In this document: positions 52,331 through 64,000 of the stretch, one piece after another
Numbering within the stretch: position 1 is the stretch's first letter
Layout: each line of letters begins with the position of its first letter
Assembly: GCA_002633005.1 (NCBI GenBank)
Contig: NMRA01000103.1
Coordinates: 341,612 to 405,611, forward strand
Source of the DNA: Phoronis australis
Taxonomy: Eukaryota; Animalia; Phoronida
Direction of reading: 5' to 3'
DNA: 64,000 nucleotides
Position numbers and translations under genes: made by a program
The notes under the pieces: generated by a model
Seen by the model: only the letters and a program-made list of their open reading frames with translations
Told to the model about the DNA's origin: nothing
Databases searched by the model: none

Positions 52331-53426
52331 GTCTAACGGATTAATGTACTTAAAGTACTGTACAGTAAATGTTGTGACAGTTATAAACAAATATTTCAGC
52401 GATTTTTAAGCTCGAGTTTAACTCATAAATCGTAACAGCCAACTGACTAAAGCCACTAAGCTTTTGTGATCGCACTTATTTGACGAAAATTCTCTAAACG
52501 AGCAGAAAGGGCCTTTGTTACTTATTTTGTTTTAAATCGTATAATAGCAATTCTTACAACTTCAAACTTCAAGGGGGTTTATTTACATTTTGTTGACCTG
52601 AATTTGTCAAATAAATGATAATAAAAGAAAACAAAAGGCTTCATGTACAGTTTTTCTAAATATCCTCAAACCTAATGCCAAATGACTCGTTGGGCAAACG
52701 TCGTTGGTTTCAGTTTTGATACTGATCGCGTAATGTATCCAGAGCCAATGTTTCCCGTGCNTTTTTGACCGCAATGACAGGCAGGCTAAGTTTTATGACC
52801 CGTCATTTGACAGTGTAGGCCTACGTGCAGGTCTTATGCACCTTATGAATCGAGCGCGAAAGATGTTTTTTGTTACAAAAGGCAAAGAATTATGCAAGAA
52901 AATGACGTTCATTAAATTGTTTTTCACTCAAACGGCTGCAACGGGCAAGGTGAGTGTCGGTTGATTCCCAGATTTGGCATGCACCTCCGCCAGTTGTTAG
53001 TTCTGCAGGTGGCGAGCAGAACCACCCGGGCTGTATTAAATTTCGGGGTCTGACGGGGCTTAACGCACGGGCTACCAGGCTGTATTTTGGCGATAGTCTT
53101 TATACAGCTAGTAGGCGGGCTACATCAAACCCCGCAGTATCATTGATACCTACATTTTGTCCGGCGGTCTTCTTTATAGGTGCGTCGGTTCCATTTTCTG
53201 GTGCGACAGCCTCATCTGATCCCCGTAGGTCCTATTTTGTGGTGAGTCAGTCTGATTTGGAGGACTTGCGGTGATGTTTTGGGTCCAGCGGTCATGTTGT
53301 TTCTTACCCGTGTCTAACGGATTAATGTACTTAAAGTACTGTACAGTAAATGTTGTGACAGTCATAAACAAATATTTCAGCGATTTTTAAGCTCGAGTTT
53401 AACTCATGAATCGTAACAGCCAACTG
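51833..53426. repeat. Near-identical ~610-bp direct duplication (51833-52445 and 52762-53426) flanking a single N
   Basis: The second copy starts at the base after the N at 52761 and differs by a few substitutions and one ~50-bp indel. Confidence 0.9.
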
Positions 53427-55201
53427 TAGGATGAGCTAAAATACGAATAAATTCCGAAAATTTCGATGGGCGAAATCCCAAACGTCGTGGGATGCCGTGT
53501 CCTCCATGTTTCCCCGCTTGCCCTTTCAAAAATCTGCAGCATACCTTCGAATATTGGTTTAATATTCTGTTTTGATAAACAACGAATTTCTTGGTTGCTT
53601 GTTTACATGTGCGCTTATTCTACAACTATCGGCTGACTCGTATATTAGTTTTGACAGTTAGAAGCTCATCTTTTAAGAGTTTTGTAAGAATGTATGACGC
53701 TTAATTCAATGAACTTAAATGCAAGCTGAAATTGGGAAGATCTCAATCATCCGCTTCCCAAAATTGAGAAGTATCTCAGACGATTTTGCAAATATAGAAT
53801 CTTTCTCAAAGATACTGACGCAATTCGGATATTCATTCAGGGAGTCATAAAATGTACTCTTGCATTGTTTATTTACTTAGAGACAAGACTGGTGGTGACG
53901 CTGACTTCGAAACATCTGTTTCAAAAACAAGGCGAAAGGGCAAATGAACAGCAAAAATACACTAAGCGATAAAGATACTAAAATATATGGAAAGCTTCCT
54001 CTTGTCATGTTGTAAGGTGATTGCCAAGGTAAAGAGAGTTTTGGAGCTGTTTTTATTTTTTGGTTGACTCTCGAAGGCTATCTCGAATACAGAGCATTGA
54101 ACGCAGAGGCAACGTCTGAATTAGTATAGGTCTGTGTAACAAGTGGTTCCTGCCACTACAAGAAACGGACACTGCAATGCAACGATTGATCTACATTTCA
54201 ACGTCTTCTTACATGGTACATGTGCTAACGGCGAGCTATTATTGCCGCTGCACAGGTAACATTGCTGTTCAATTGACACTAGGGCGTTGCATTTTCGCAA
54301 GACCAGAACCATTTTTAGGGTCCGTTTCATGAAAACAGACTTAAAATTAAAGATTTGTAGTTTGTCTTACTTTCCAATTTCATATCTGCTGGGAATGGAT
54401 TAGTCTTGTAGTTACGGTCACATCACGTACTTTTAAATAAGGTATAGAAATTACCCCCAACATCTTGTGTATGATTTCTGAGAGACCGTTAGGAGAGTTT
54501 TTCTCGAGTGAGTTTTGATTATTGGGGACAAGTATATCAGAACAAGAGTAATATATATCTTAAATTGTATTGGGAAGTTCAGTCACGGCTCTACAATTGA
54601 TCATTTTACAGAAGATACCAGATGGGTGTCTTCATTACAAGAGATAACATAAGCACTTAAAATACCCAATATTTAACTGAGTATCGCATACAAAGTGGCA
54701 CAAGTTTGTGTAGTACCAAATGGGTACATAATACTAAAATGGGTATTTGCCGATTGCCTACTAAGTGGGTCGAGGAAAACGGAATACTCAATAATAAATA
54801 CCAAATGGATACAAACTGACGAATGGGAAAATATCATATAAAGTACCAAGTGGATACACCAAACATCCAACTGGACTATAACAAGCTTGGAAAGCAGATT
54901 CCGGACAAGCTGAATGAGCAGACCAAGTAGAGTGATAAAAAGAGATCTTGTAATGAACGTGGTGTTGTGGCTCATTTTGTGCCCATTGTCCTGAGAGCTG
55001 TGACAAGGATAGAGAAACGCAATCTGCGGTGATGGAAACTCAGCGAAGTTCTGGTCGCTAGCCAATGAAGTCTTTTCTTACTGACGGCAGCACACTTTGG
55101 GCCTGAAGGAGGTACCAGCAGTGGCTGTAATAAAAGCAATAACCAGCACCAGATTTTTTACAACATAGGGTAGGGTTTGTGGGATAGATATAAAACTTTA
55201 A

Positions 55202-57900
55202 GAGCAATTCCATATAAAAACCAGATGGTGGGCTATATATGCAAAATCACCAATTTTTTTGAAACTTAGCACATCATCTGATCTTGTCAAAAGAAACCTG
55301 AACCTGAATTTTTAAGAGTTTCCGATTTTTTAAAATCCTTTTTACAACCTCTTTGTACTTTTCCTGAAAAATGGCAAATAATAGTACTTGGAAGTAGGTG
55401 ACTTTTTGTCAGCAACAGCACATCATCGCTTCACGCTATTGAAAATATAACTATATAGCAGAAAGAAGAAAGAATAACATATAAGAAAAACTAGTTCGGA
55501 TGGATTTATTGATTTTTATGTCCTCCCATTTTAGCCTACAAAAATATTATTTTCACTGCTTATTATTAAGGCCATTTTTACCCATTTTTATCACTCTCCC
55601 AAATCTATATCGGACTCTTTTGGAACATGAGTTAACTTCCATCTGTTACTGATGTCTTTGTTCAGCCCAACGGAAGAATAAAAAATCTTGTCTCTTTCAT
55701 AATTTTTGTGCAGTCAGTTTTTTACATAACTCACACACTTTTCTGCCAATCTGTGGCTGTCAGTTTGATTAAAAGACTCAAGGAGGCGCTACTCGATTGT
55801 GCAATTATCTATCGACCAAGATGCCAAATAGAACAAATATCATTCGTTTTGCTACATCAGTGACGAAGGAGATCATGGGAAGCTGTATGAGAGATTTTTT
55901 CTTCGCGGATTTTCAGTTTTGCTGGTGCAAAAATAAAAATTTGTTATAGAATTACAGAAATCAAAAAAGTCCATTTTAATGTACTTATGAGTTAATAATA
56001 CAACCCCATCACCATCTCATACTTAAGAGAAGCAGGTTTTATTCTTCTTAAGAGTGCACCTTACTCATTGCTTGGCCAGTTTTCAAACACCGTAATTGAC
56101 TAAGAATCCCACGCACTGCCTGCAGTGCATGTTGGTCCATTTTTAGACCTCCTGGAAAAATCCCTGTATATGCGCTTGAAAAAGTCCTCTCAAACTAATA
56201 GCAAAGTCCATACTAAAACTAATCAAGATCTTCGAGATCACACGTGAAAAGAGGACGATGGATACGAGCTGATGTGTCGTGTTATTGGACATACAAAGTG
56301 TCACGCAATGCTTCTTGTACTACACAAAAGCGGCCGAGCATGGTGGTAGTGCGCCAGTGGAATTTGCAATTTCAGAAAAATAACAGGTACGGATATTTAC
56401 GATTGAAAACATAATACTTTCAGTGATATCCAAGATACCGGCTTTCCAAACCAGTATTTAAGCAACTGGGTGTTGTTGCGACTTACCAGCTAAGTTTCAC
56501 AATATGTAAATTCCGTTCATGCGGCTGACTCAAAACCACAGTTTCTTGAAAGTATGCTAGGTTTAGTGTATGATGCATTTCTACACAACACTTCAAATAG
56601 GTCATATCTCGGTAACCAAAGGTCATTGAGTGCAAATATTGCAGCAGTGTACTTTGGGCCAGCATCCCAACACATGCACAAAGTATTAGTTCTGATTTTT
56701 CATTTTCATTATGGTTTTTATATGGAATCATTCTTAAATAATAAACCATTTCACAATGCGTAAATTTCAGTTTCAATGATATAAGTCTTGTAGTTGTGGC
56801 AAACACGACTAAGTGAGTGTCCCTATTTGAAACCAGGTGAATTAGGATAATGAAATCCTTTAGGTCAAAAATGCACAAAAGAGCTTTTATAATTCACTTT
56901 TAGCGGTTACATCCCCTGGTGTTGAGATTAAACATTCTATCGAGTATTTTTCGGTGAGAAGTTTAGTTTAGCTGTTACCTATAGCTGTGCAATTTAATTA
57001 GGCAGTGAGATGAAATGCATATTCCAATTTTTAGCCTATATGTTGCAAACCTTTGGGCACCGTTGTGCCGCCTTCTTTCTCTCAGTTGGTGCATCTGCAC
57101 TTGGAGTCGCGCATGTGCTTTGTTCATTCTTACTTTCCGTCTCGACTGACAGTCTATATCATGTCGAGCTGTGGCTAACCCTCGCTGGTTCCCACTGTCA
57201 CAAATGTATAGTAGTCATTGATTCAAATGTTTTCTTTAATTTATGCTGAGTTGTTTCAACTTTTCGGCAGTCATTTTATAATGACTCGCTGGTTCCCTAC
57301 GTGCCTACCCAGCACGCACGCTGGCTAATGACCACCTAGCGGCAGGCAGGGAACCAGCGAGTTTATAATGACTCCTAGGGTCGTCATATGCTGCCGCCTT
57401 TTGTAAGAACAGAGAAACACGCAAAAAAGCCAAGAAAATAGTGGAAAGTGGTTTTCAATCATTCTAGTTCAACCACAGACTATTTTTACTGATATAACAT
57501 CGATTTTTAAATCAATTAAAATTGGATCAGAATTTCAGTTAAGGAAAATAAATAATTTTGAAATTTCGGTACTAAAATAACCAGAATATGAAAATTAGAG
57601 ACAATATGCAAACAAGTTTATGTAAAACAAGTTGGTTCTAAATAATTACTATTCTTGTAACTCTTCCGTCCTTTTTCTTTCCAGCATTTCTTCGGTTCTC
57701 TGTTAACTTGCCAGCCAAAACAGAACTGTGACCCTTCGAGACCTGGTCGGCGGAAGTTGATCATTAGACCTCGACACACTTGTTCTAATAAATTACCCAA
57801 TGTCATATTGTTTGAACTTTTTTTCTCACCTTTAACAGGCTTCTGCAATACATTTTACACGTTTTTAAGCTCAGTTCTTTAGAGCCACCTACCATTCACT
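55202..57900 (-). mobile_element. Second Sola3-like fragment: terminus (55202-56597) plus possible decayed transposase C-terminal region (~57600-57900)
   Basis: TTAA|GAGCAATT terminus and 1.4-kb identity to 40706-42114. A frameshifted WALK...QKPVKGEKK..NLLEQVCRGLM segment loosely resembles the C-terminus of this transposase type. Confidence 0.6.
57284..57362. mobile_element. 79-bp mini-MITE with perfect 15-bp TIRs and an 8-10-bp target-site duplication
   Basis: ttataatg|actcgctggttccct ... agggaaccagcgagt|ttataatg. Confidence 0.85.
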
Positions 57901-58325
57901 TCCATGTGCTGTGGCCTAGGGCAAAGGACATTCAGAACTAAGAATCAAAGGCAGAGACCACACGGAAATATAAATCCATGCCCATACATGTAAACTCCTT
58001 GAAGGCTACCAATGCGTGCCATTTCTTGCAATGAATATTTTCGGAAACATTTGCTGATTTCGCGCCATTGGCTAGATGTAATGTTATTTACGAATCAAAC
58101 CACTAATCCTTCGGACGATTATTATCGTCCTAATGCCCGTAGGCAAGGTGACAACGGTCACATGATATGTTTACTTTCGCCAGCACCTATCCACGCATTT
58201 CCGAATAGTTCTATACAAGATCATCTTCTACTCTACAATGGCCAAGTTACTGGGCACGAGATCGCTGACAACACAGTTATTCGAAATATGGAACAAAGTG
58301 ACACCAAGCTGGAACATATTGGAGT

Positions 58326-61300
58326 CTATAGCCTGGGGGTGCGCCGCACGATGGCTCTGTTTCCAAGTATATATAGTGTGTGCATTTCAGTACTGCTATT
58401 GGCTTGAGTAGGACACGAACATTCGTCACATGTCCTTGTAACCCAAGTAGAGTTCAATAGCTGTCTCGCGGCGAAAAAAATTGTCGAAACCACGAGCTTC
58501 ATTGAAAAAATGGCGACAACTCTCAAGACTTTACTTTTCTCGCGTGGTACTAGCGTAACAAAACAGGACCACTGTATCATTTTATGTTTGCACGAGGATG
58601 AGACAGCAACAGCCTCGAAGAATAATTAATTTTGTCATTTGAATCGTATTATTTTTACGTCGCGTGGCCGTCAGTTTTATTGCTGCGCTGCCAGTGACTA
58701 CCAAAGACACACAGAGCTCGAGTGAATATCGTAGAAAATTATTAATCGTGAATATTGTTTGGTGATTAACAAATTTTGTCTGATTAGTAAAGGAGAATAG
58801 AGTTCAATTTCAACGAGAATTTTTAAGTTTCCCAGTAATCCGCTATTTCGTAGAGGTAGGTAGGGAGAGGGACAAGCGCCCACACTCATGAAGCTGGGAC
58901 AGCGCCCCACTACATCCGCGCACCCAGCCTTTAATATGGGGGGCTTGAATTTCTGGCGATGTGGACCTTTTGCTGACAAAAAAGCGGGAGGAGTAAACAA
59001 AAAAACGGGTGCCAACTTCACTGTGCGTCTGCATCTTTTTAGTGGACTTTTGTCTCGTTCTCTCGGACTTTTTCTTTCTCTGAGGCGGACCTTTTTGCCC
59101 ACTTCGCCGAATTCGAGGCCCCTCTCCCCCCGTGGTTGCGCGCATGCACTATCACAAGTACGAAACAAGTAAGCGAGGGTAAGAATTTGGGAGCAGAGGT
59201 AGTCGAGAAAAGAGTTAGGTACAGCGAAAGGTGTAGATCATTTGTCAACTACCAGAGCTGATTTCATCCTTTGAGGGCCCGTGCAAGAGGCCCACCGTTT
59301 TTTATTATTTTTCATTACTTTTTGTTATTTTTATTTTTTTTTAATTTTTTTTTATCATTATTTTTTAATGCAGCAGCCCTTTAGGTAGTGTACCAGGGCC
59401 CTAACTACAACCTTTCAAAGTGTTTCCCTTCAATGCTTGACACAAGAAAATTCAATATCATGATTTTTCCCCACACTGGATCCCAATACATAAAATCTTT
59501 GCCGATCTTACTTTCAATCTAGAAAGTAAAGGAAACTACAATCACAGTTTCTGACGAGGCTATGTTCCAGCTCCTCATCCCGTCAGCTCACGTTAGAAGT
59601 ATCTTATACGTCTTCTACCCCTAATGAATGATTTTGGCATAACATCTCTTTGGAACCCTAGCAATCGATAATTCAAACAGTTGACCCCGCAAAAGTGAAA
59701 TCATACCCTAACCGCGTATCCACGCAGCGAGCTCGGGCTTAAAAAGTAACCCCTTTTCGCAAAATTTTATTGAAACATGGACACTCAGGTTTCTTGTGGC
59801 TTCCTCCACGGGGTGTGCTCAAGAAACAGCAAAATCCCTCGAATGTATCTGCGGCGAGGTATTTGCGAAATTGAATTGACGATCGCCAGTTAGATTGCGA
59901 GGGTGAAGTGGTGGCGACAGGGACTGCAATCTGACTTTGGGACCAAGGGGCAAAACATTGGCGACGTAGAATTAGTTTGAATCACCCTACACAGTAGTGT
60001 TCACTTACTTGGCCTGTTAAAGCTACTAAAGAGGGGCGGTGGTAAAACTGTTGTCGGGGAAGGAATGCAACGGGTGTCAAGTGGGGACAGACGAGGAGTA
60101 AAAATGGTGTCGACTTCAGAGCTAAGCTGGGTGACGGTGGACATGAAAATGCAGGCGGCCTGTAGGGTTACGGTGAAGTTTACCGTACGCCCAAATTTGG
60201 TTTCATCCCCAAACGAGACCATTTTTCCCACGTCTATATATCTGTGTTGCGTAGAATCGACGCTAATAGGCGCCGTCGGGTGGATGTGGCCCCGGGATCT
60301 GTGTCGCACAATATGCAAAGTTAACCGAGAGCAGCCAAACCAAACCACTTGATGTATATTTGCAAGAAAAGTTTAATTGGGTATCAATCGTGAACCTTTC
60401 AGAGAACTAAGATTCTGGTGAATTCGGAAACAATTCACAAGTGAAATCACCGTAAAAACAAAAAATGAAAAAGTAGCCTTCGCTCTAATTTTTAATAACA
60501 GATCTCGTAACGAAATCAACCAGCATCTGTACTGCAACATTTTATTGGCTACTTTCCGAGGGATCTAATGGTCCAGAGTTTGATTCGATTTCCGCGATCA
60601 GATCGGCGACTGTCTGCACATCCTGACCCCTATCGGTTGCCTCGTACATTACGTAAGAGATGCTCGTGGGGTCAAATGGCTGGAAATATCCGTGGTCACC
60701 TGAAAATATGCGAGCAAAATACGTCTCAATTTAGTCAATGGACTAGTCAATTGATGACGAAGGGCTTAACGATATATCAAACCTTATTCACAAAAATTGG
60801 CCGTTTTTACAATATTTCACATAATATGTGAAGCAAAATATCTTATCTTCATTCTCCAGGAACTTCAAATGTGAAATATATACCGTGTAGCGAAAAAAAG
60901 AAATAGTACAACCACCTTCAACTTGTTAGAGGTCAAAGGTTACAGGGCTGTCACTCAAATCGAATCTCCCGGCGACAGGCATAGAGCAATACAATCATAT
61001 CAGTCCTTTCGATCACGGAGTAGACATAATATTGAGTCAACGAGGTGTACACAGCATAGAAAGAATCCGCAAAAACGAAGAACGTAGATTTTAGTACGAT
61101 CGACCGCTGAGAACGCATGCACCGAGTCCGAGTCGCTGAACTGCCTTTGTTAAACGATTTTAGTGAGTAATTAACGCACTGCAAATTCAGTTGACATTGG
61201 GAGTGAAAATTGAAATAGCGAACACGGTTAAGGCATGATGGGTTATATTGAAAACACGTTTTCACTCAATAATTAACCGAAGACCTTGAGATCGACTTTT

Positions 61301-62054
61301 ACTGCTCACTCGGCTTTGTTTTCGACTTCGGCAAATCGACTTAATTTGAACTCAGGAACACGAGTTCCCAGAAGCGGCTCGGTGGATTACGCTGAAACTT
61401 TTCAAATTCAATATTTGCTCTTCATAAACGCTGTAAGGATTTTTGAAATAAATGCCGGGTTTTTGCGTCATGTGACACAGACGAATACGTCTGCTAATTT
61501 TTTACGAAAGTACCTTTCGTTTTGCGAGTTGATTTGTCATAGAAACCAAACTAAAGACTAATTGAGGTAACTGTTGACAGCGGCAGATCTACTATTTCAG
61601 TAAGGGGGTTTAAGATTCGCGTGAATCCGAGGCGCGGAGCGGAGAGAAGGTCGGGAGGGTTTTTTTCTCCTCCCGTGTATGATTTTGTTGGTTTTAGTAG
61701 CTGATTTCGTTTACCTGACGACATTTTTTAATTTATATTTTTGATCCTGTTCCGAGGGGTTTTAAACCCCCTGAATACGTTGATTCTCTTCTATAGTGAA
61801 GTTTTCATAAAAAAAGTTTCATTCAAATCGACCGAAGCGTTATTTTGCTATGACTGTACCTTTCTTAAAAATGAAATTTTGACTTAAAATTGTGTTAATG
61901 TAATAATAATAATGACACATAAGTATAAAAATAATTTTGTAATTTCTGTTCTTTATATATATATATATACATATACATATACATATACATGTACATGTAC
62001 ATGTACATGTACATGTACATGTACATGTACATGTACATGTACATGTACATGTAC

Positions 62055-62115
<61 letters not shown>

Positions 62116-63253
62116 CTGTTACTAGTTGACAAAGTCTGTTTTTGATATACAAGTTCGAATGGAAGCCACTAAATAAGGTTTGAGATAACCTTAAACCGGA
62201 GAAGGGGTGTTTTATACTTAAAACCAAGTGTGCAGTAAATAACCTTTGCAGGTCATCTCATCAACTTGTAAACTCAATGAAAGCAGATCTCCACCATGTG
62301 ATGAGTAGCAAGGTATTGTTCTAGAATGTGACAGCACTTTTTACATGATGCGTGTCTCAATCTCGTTTTCGCGAGTGACACAGACGAATGTGAGTCGGTT
62401 GTAACTAAATCATCATGGTTTTCACTTGAAAAGGACGCGTCATGATTTATATTTTCCGGAAGTAAAAAGACGTAGAATTTGAGTTTTGACCTTTTACCAG
62501 TCTGTTATTAAATGGGTCACGTGACCATTTAGCAAAATTAGCAAAAAAGAGGGGTACTTTGATAGGAAAATATCGGTATCACTAACATGATCAAATTTTA
62601 TGTGACATAAAATTTCAAGGTACGATATAAAAACGCTTTTATATTTTACTAAAATATTTTCGTTTTATGCTTCTTTAAAGATTCTTCAGGAAAATCATCA
62701 AAAGTCCTATTTTTAATAGCTTCTCATATAGAAAAAGAACATTTTAAAAACAAGATCTAACAGCATTTTTGAGAACAGCGTTTAAAACATGGCATAAGGA
62801 ACTTTCATATAAATCTGGTCACCCATTTTTGAGACACGATGTTCCGAAGTCAGCCAAATGTGTAGCCGTTTAAAAGTTTTATAGAGTCCCACACGACCTT
62901 AACAATCAATGACTAGGATGCTCATCTACTAAAGACGGCTAAAGCTTCACAGTCACGAGCGCATGCCCCCATGGCCCCCGGCCTTAGACGCTGCCATTGT
63001 TGAATTTCAAAGACCTGAAGGCGTAACTACTTTCGTTCCGTCCTGTGCGTTACGTGACGACAAGCAGTCATGGACACCCTAAAAGCAGTCACCTCATGGG
63101 TCACTTGCCTTCCGGTTTCATATTGCACGCCAGGATGTCGAAACAGCCAGCGTCGCAGTCCATCACGTCACCCATCTTTGTAGTCAAATACTCTCGCACC
63201 CAGGTCCTTTTTGGATTCCCAGGTGCAGCCTCCGCCTCCGAATGACGGGAAAG
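58326..63253 (-). CDS. Candidate 3' exons of a membrane-protein gene or pseudogene entering from the right edge
   Basis: Phase-compatible open exons 63109-63253 (GC donor gcaagt), 60009-60347 (phase 1-1, Pro/Thr-rich end, gtaagt donor, weak AAG acceptor) and 58326-58549 (hydrophobic VLRVVAIFSMKLVVSTIFFAA). Confidence 0.25.
61954..62115. repeat. Compound microsatellite (TA)n(TACATA)n(TACATG)n(TATATG)n
   Basis: Read directly from the sequence. Confidence 0.97.
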
Positions 63254-64000
63254 CTGAAATTTTGAACTCGACAGTTGTCAATATTACACAGTCAATCTAC
63301 TTTATGGGTCGGCTCTGACAAGGGCACGCTAATTGATGGGTCAAATGGTGTTAATTTTCTTTTCAGCGGCTGTCACGGTTAACAAGGTTCAAAACTTAGT
63401 CATTGAAGCAACAATTTCTAAGATCTGTTTTACAACAAATTGATAAAAAATCGCCAAGAAATTGTATCGTTCAGTCGTTTTTGTAGATACACATCATCAC
63501 GTTAACTAGGAAACAACGAACCACTGTACAAAATACTATGCTTGCAACACTTGCCGAAAGTGTGGATATTTCGTGTCATTATAAAACCACAGGGAGTGCG
63601 ATTTTCAAATTCTTCCCAAGTACAACCATTGCTTGATACCGGATAATGTTATAGTTTGTGATGCATTTTTAAATTTTGGCTGAATAGGTCGCATGCCTTG
63701 ATGGCGACGCCTCGCATGAAATTGTCCTGTGAGTTTCTCTAATCTACAGAATGGCAAAGAGGCAGTTGTACACGGACCTCTCAAATAGGGGAGCGGCTGT
63801 TAGAGGAGTCCTTAAATACGAAGGCCTTGGTCATTTAAAATAATGTTCGGTACATTCCTTGCGTAGATTCAGAAAATGGCCTCTACTGAAGTGGTTGGTC
63901 AGCGAAGCTATAATGTCAAATTAGGAGAGAAAACTTATTGCTTTCCGCTCCATGAACGAAGAATTCTCGCCGCCGGTGACTCGCGAATGTTTCATGATGC

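Noticed and set aside
51553-53371. Related ORFs (…SPQxRTYGDQM…) on both strands suggesting a small gene family
   Set aside because: The similarity comes from the DNA inverted repeat and the duplication at the N; no splice or domain support.
58698-59248. Overlapping ORFs on both strands in a GC-richer patch
   Set aside because: No recognisable domain or consistent exon boundaries; more likely repeat-derived or regulatory sequence.

Overview
AT-rich, intron-rich eukaryotic DNA, most likely from an invertebrate animal. The supplied ORF track is largely uninformative because the real genes are spliced. Two convergent genes can be rebuilt with consistent splice phases. One is an ELOVL4-like fatty-acid elongase (+, six coding exons 642-6716, first exon upstream of the window). 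The other is a 17-exon, about 1116-aa single-pass receptor (-, 36084-12147) with three YWTD beta-propellers and two EGF modules; no LDL-A repeats were found. Introns hold many MITEs (Harbinger-, Kolobok- and hAT-like), a decayed LINE and an inverted repeat with a degenerate hammerhead-like core. Beyond 37 kb lie a decayed intron-containing DDD transposase (Sola3-like) with two same-orientation 1.4-kb termini and an unusual ~370-390-bp tandem array whose ~80-bp GC-rich core is much better conserved than its spacers. That region also contains a probable assembly duplication at an N and two weakly supported orphan spliced genes. All calls were made by eye; no searches were run.
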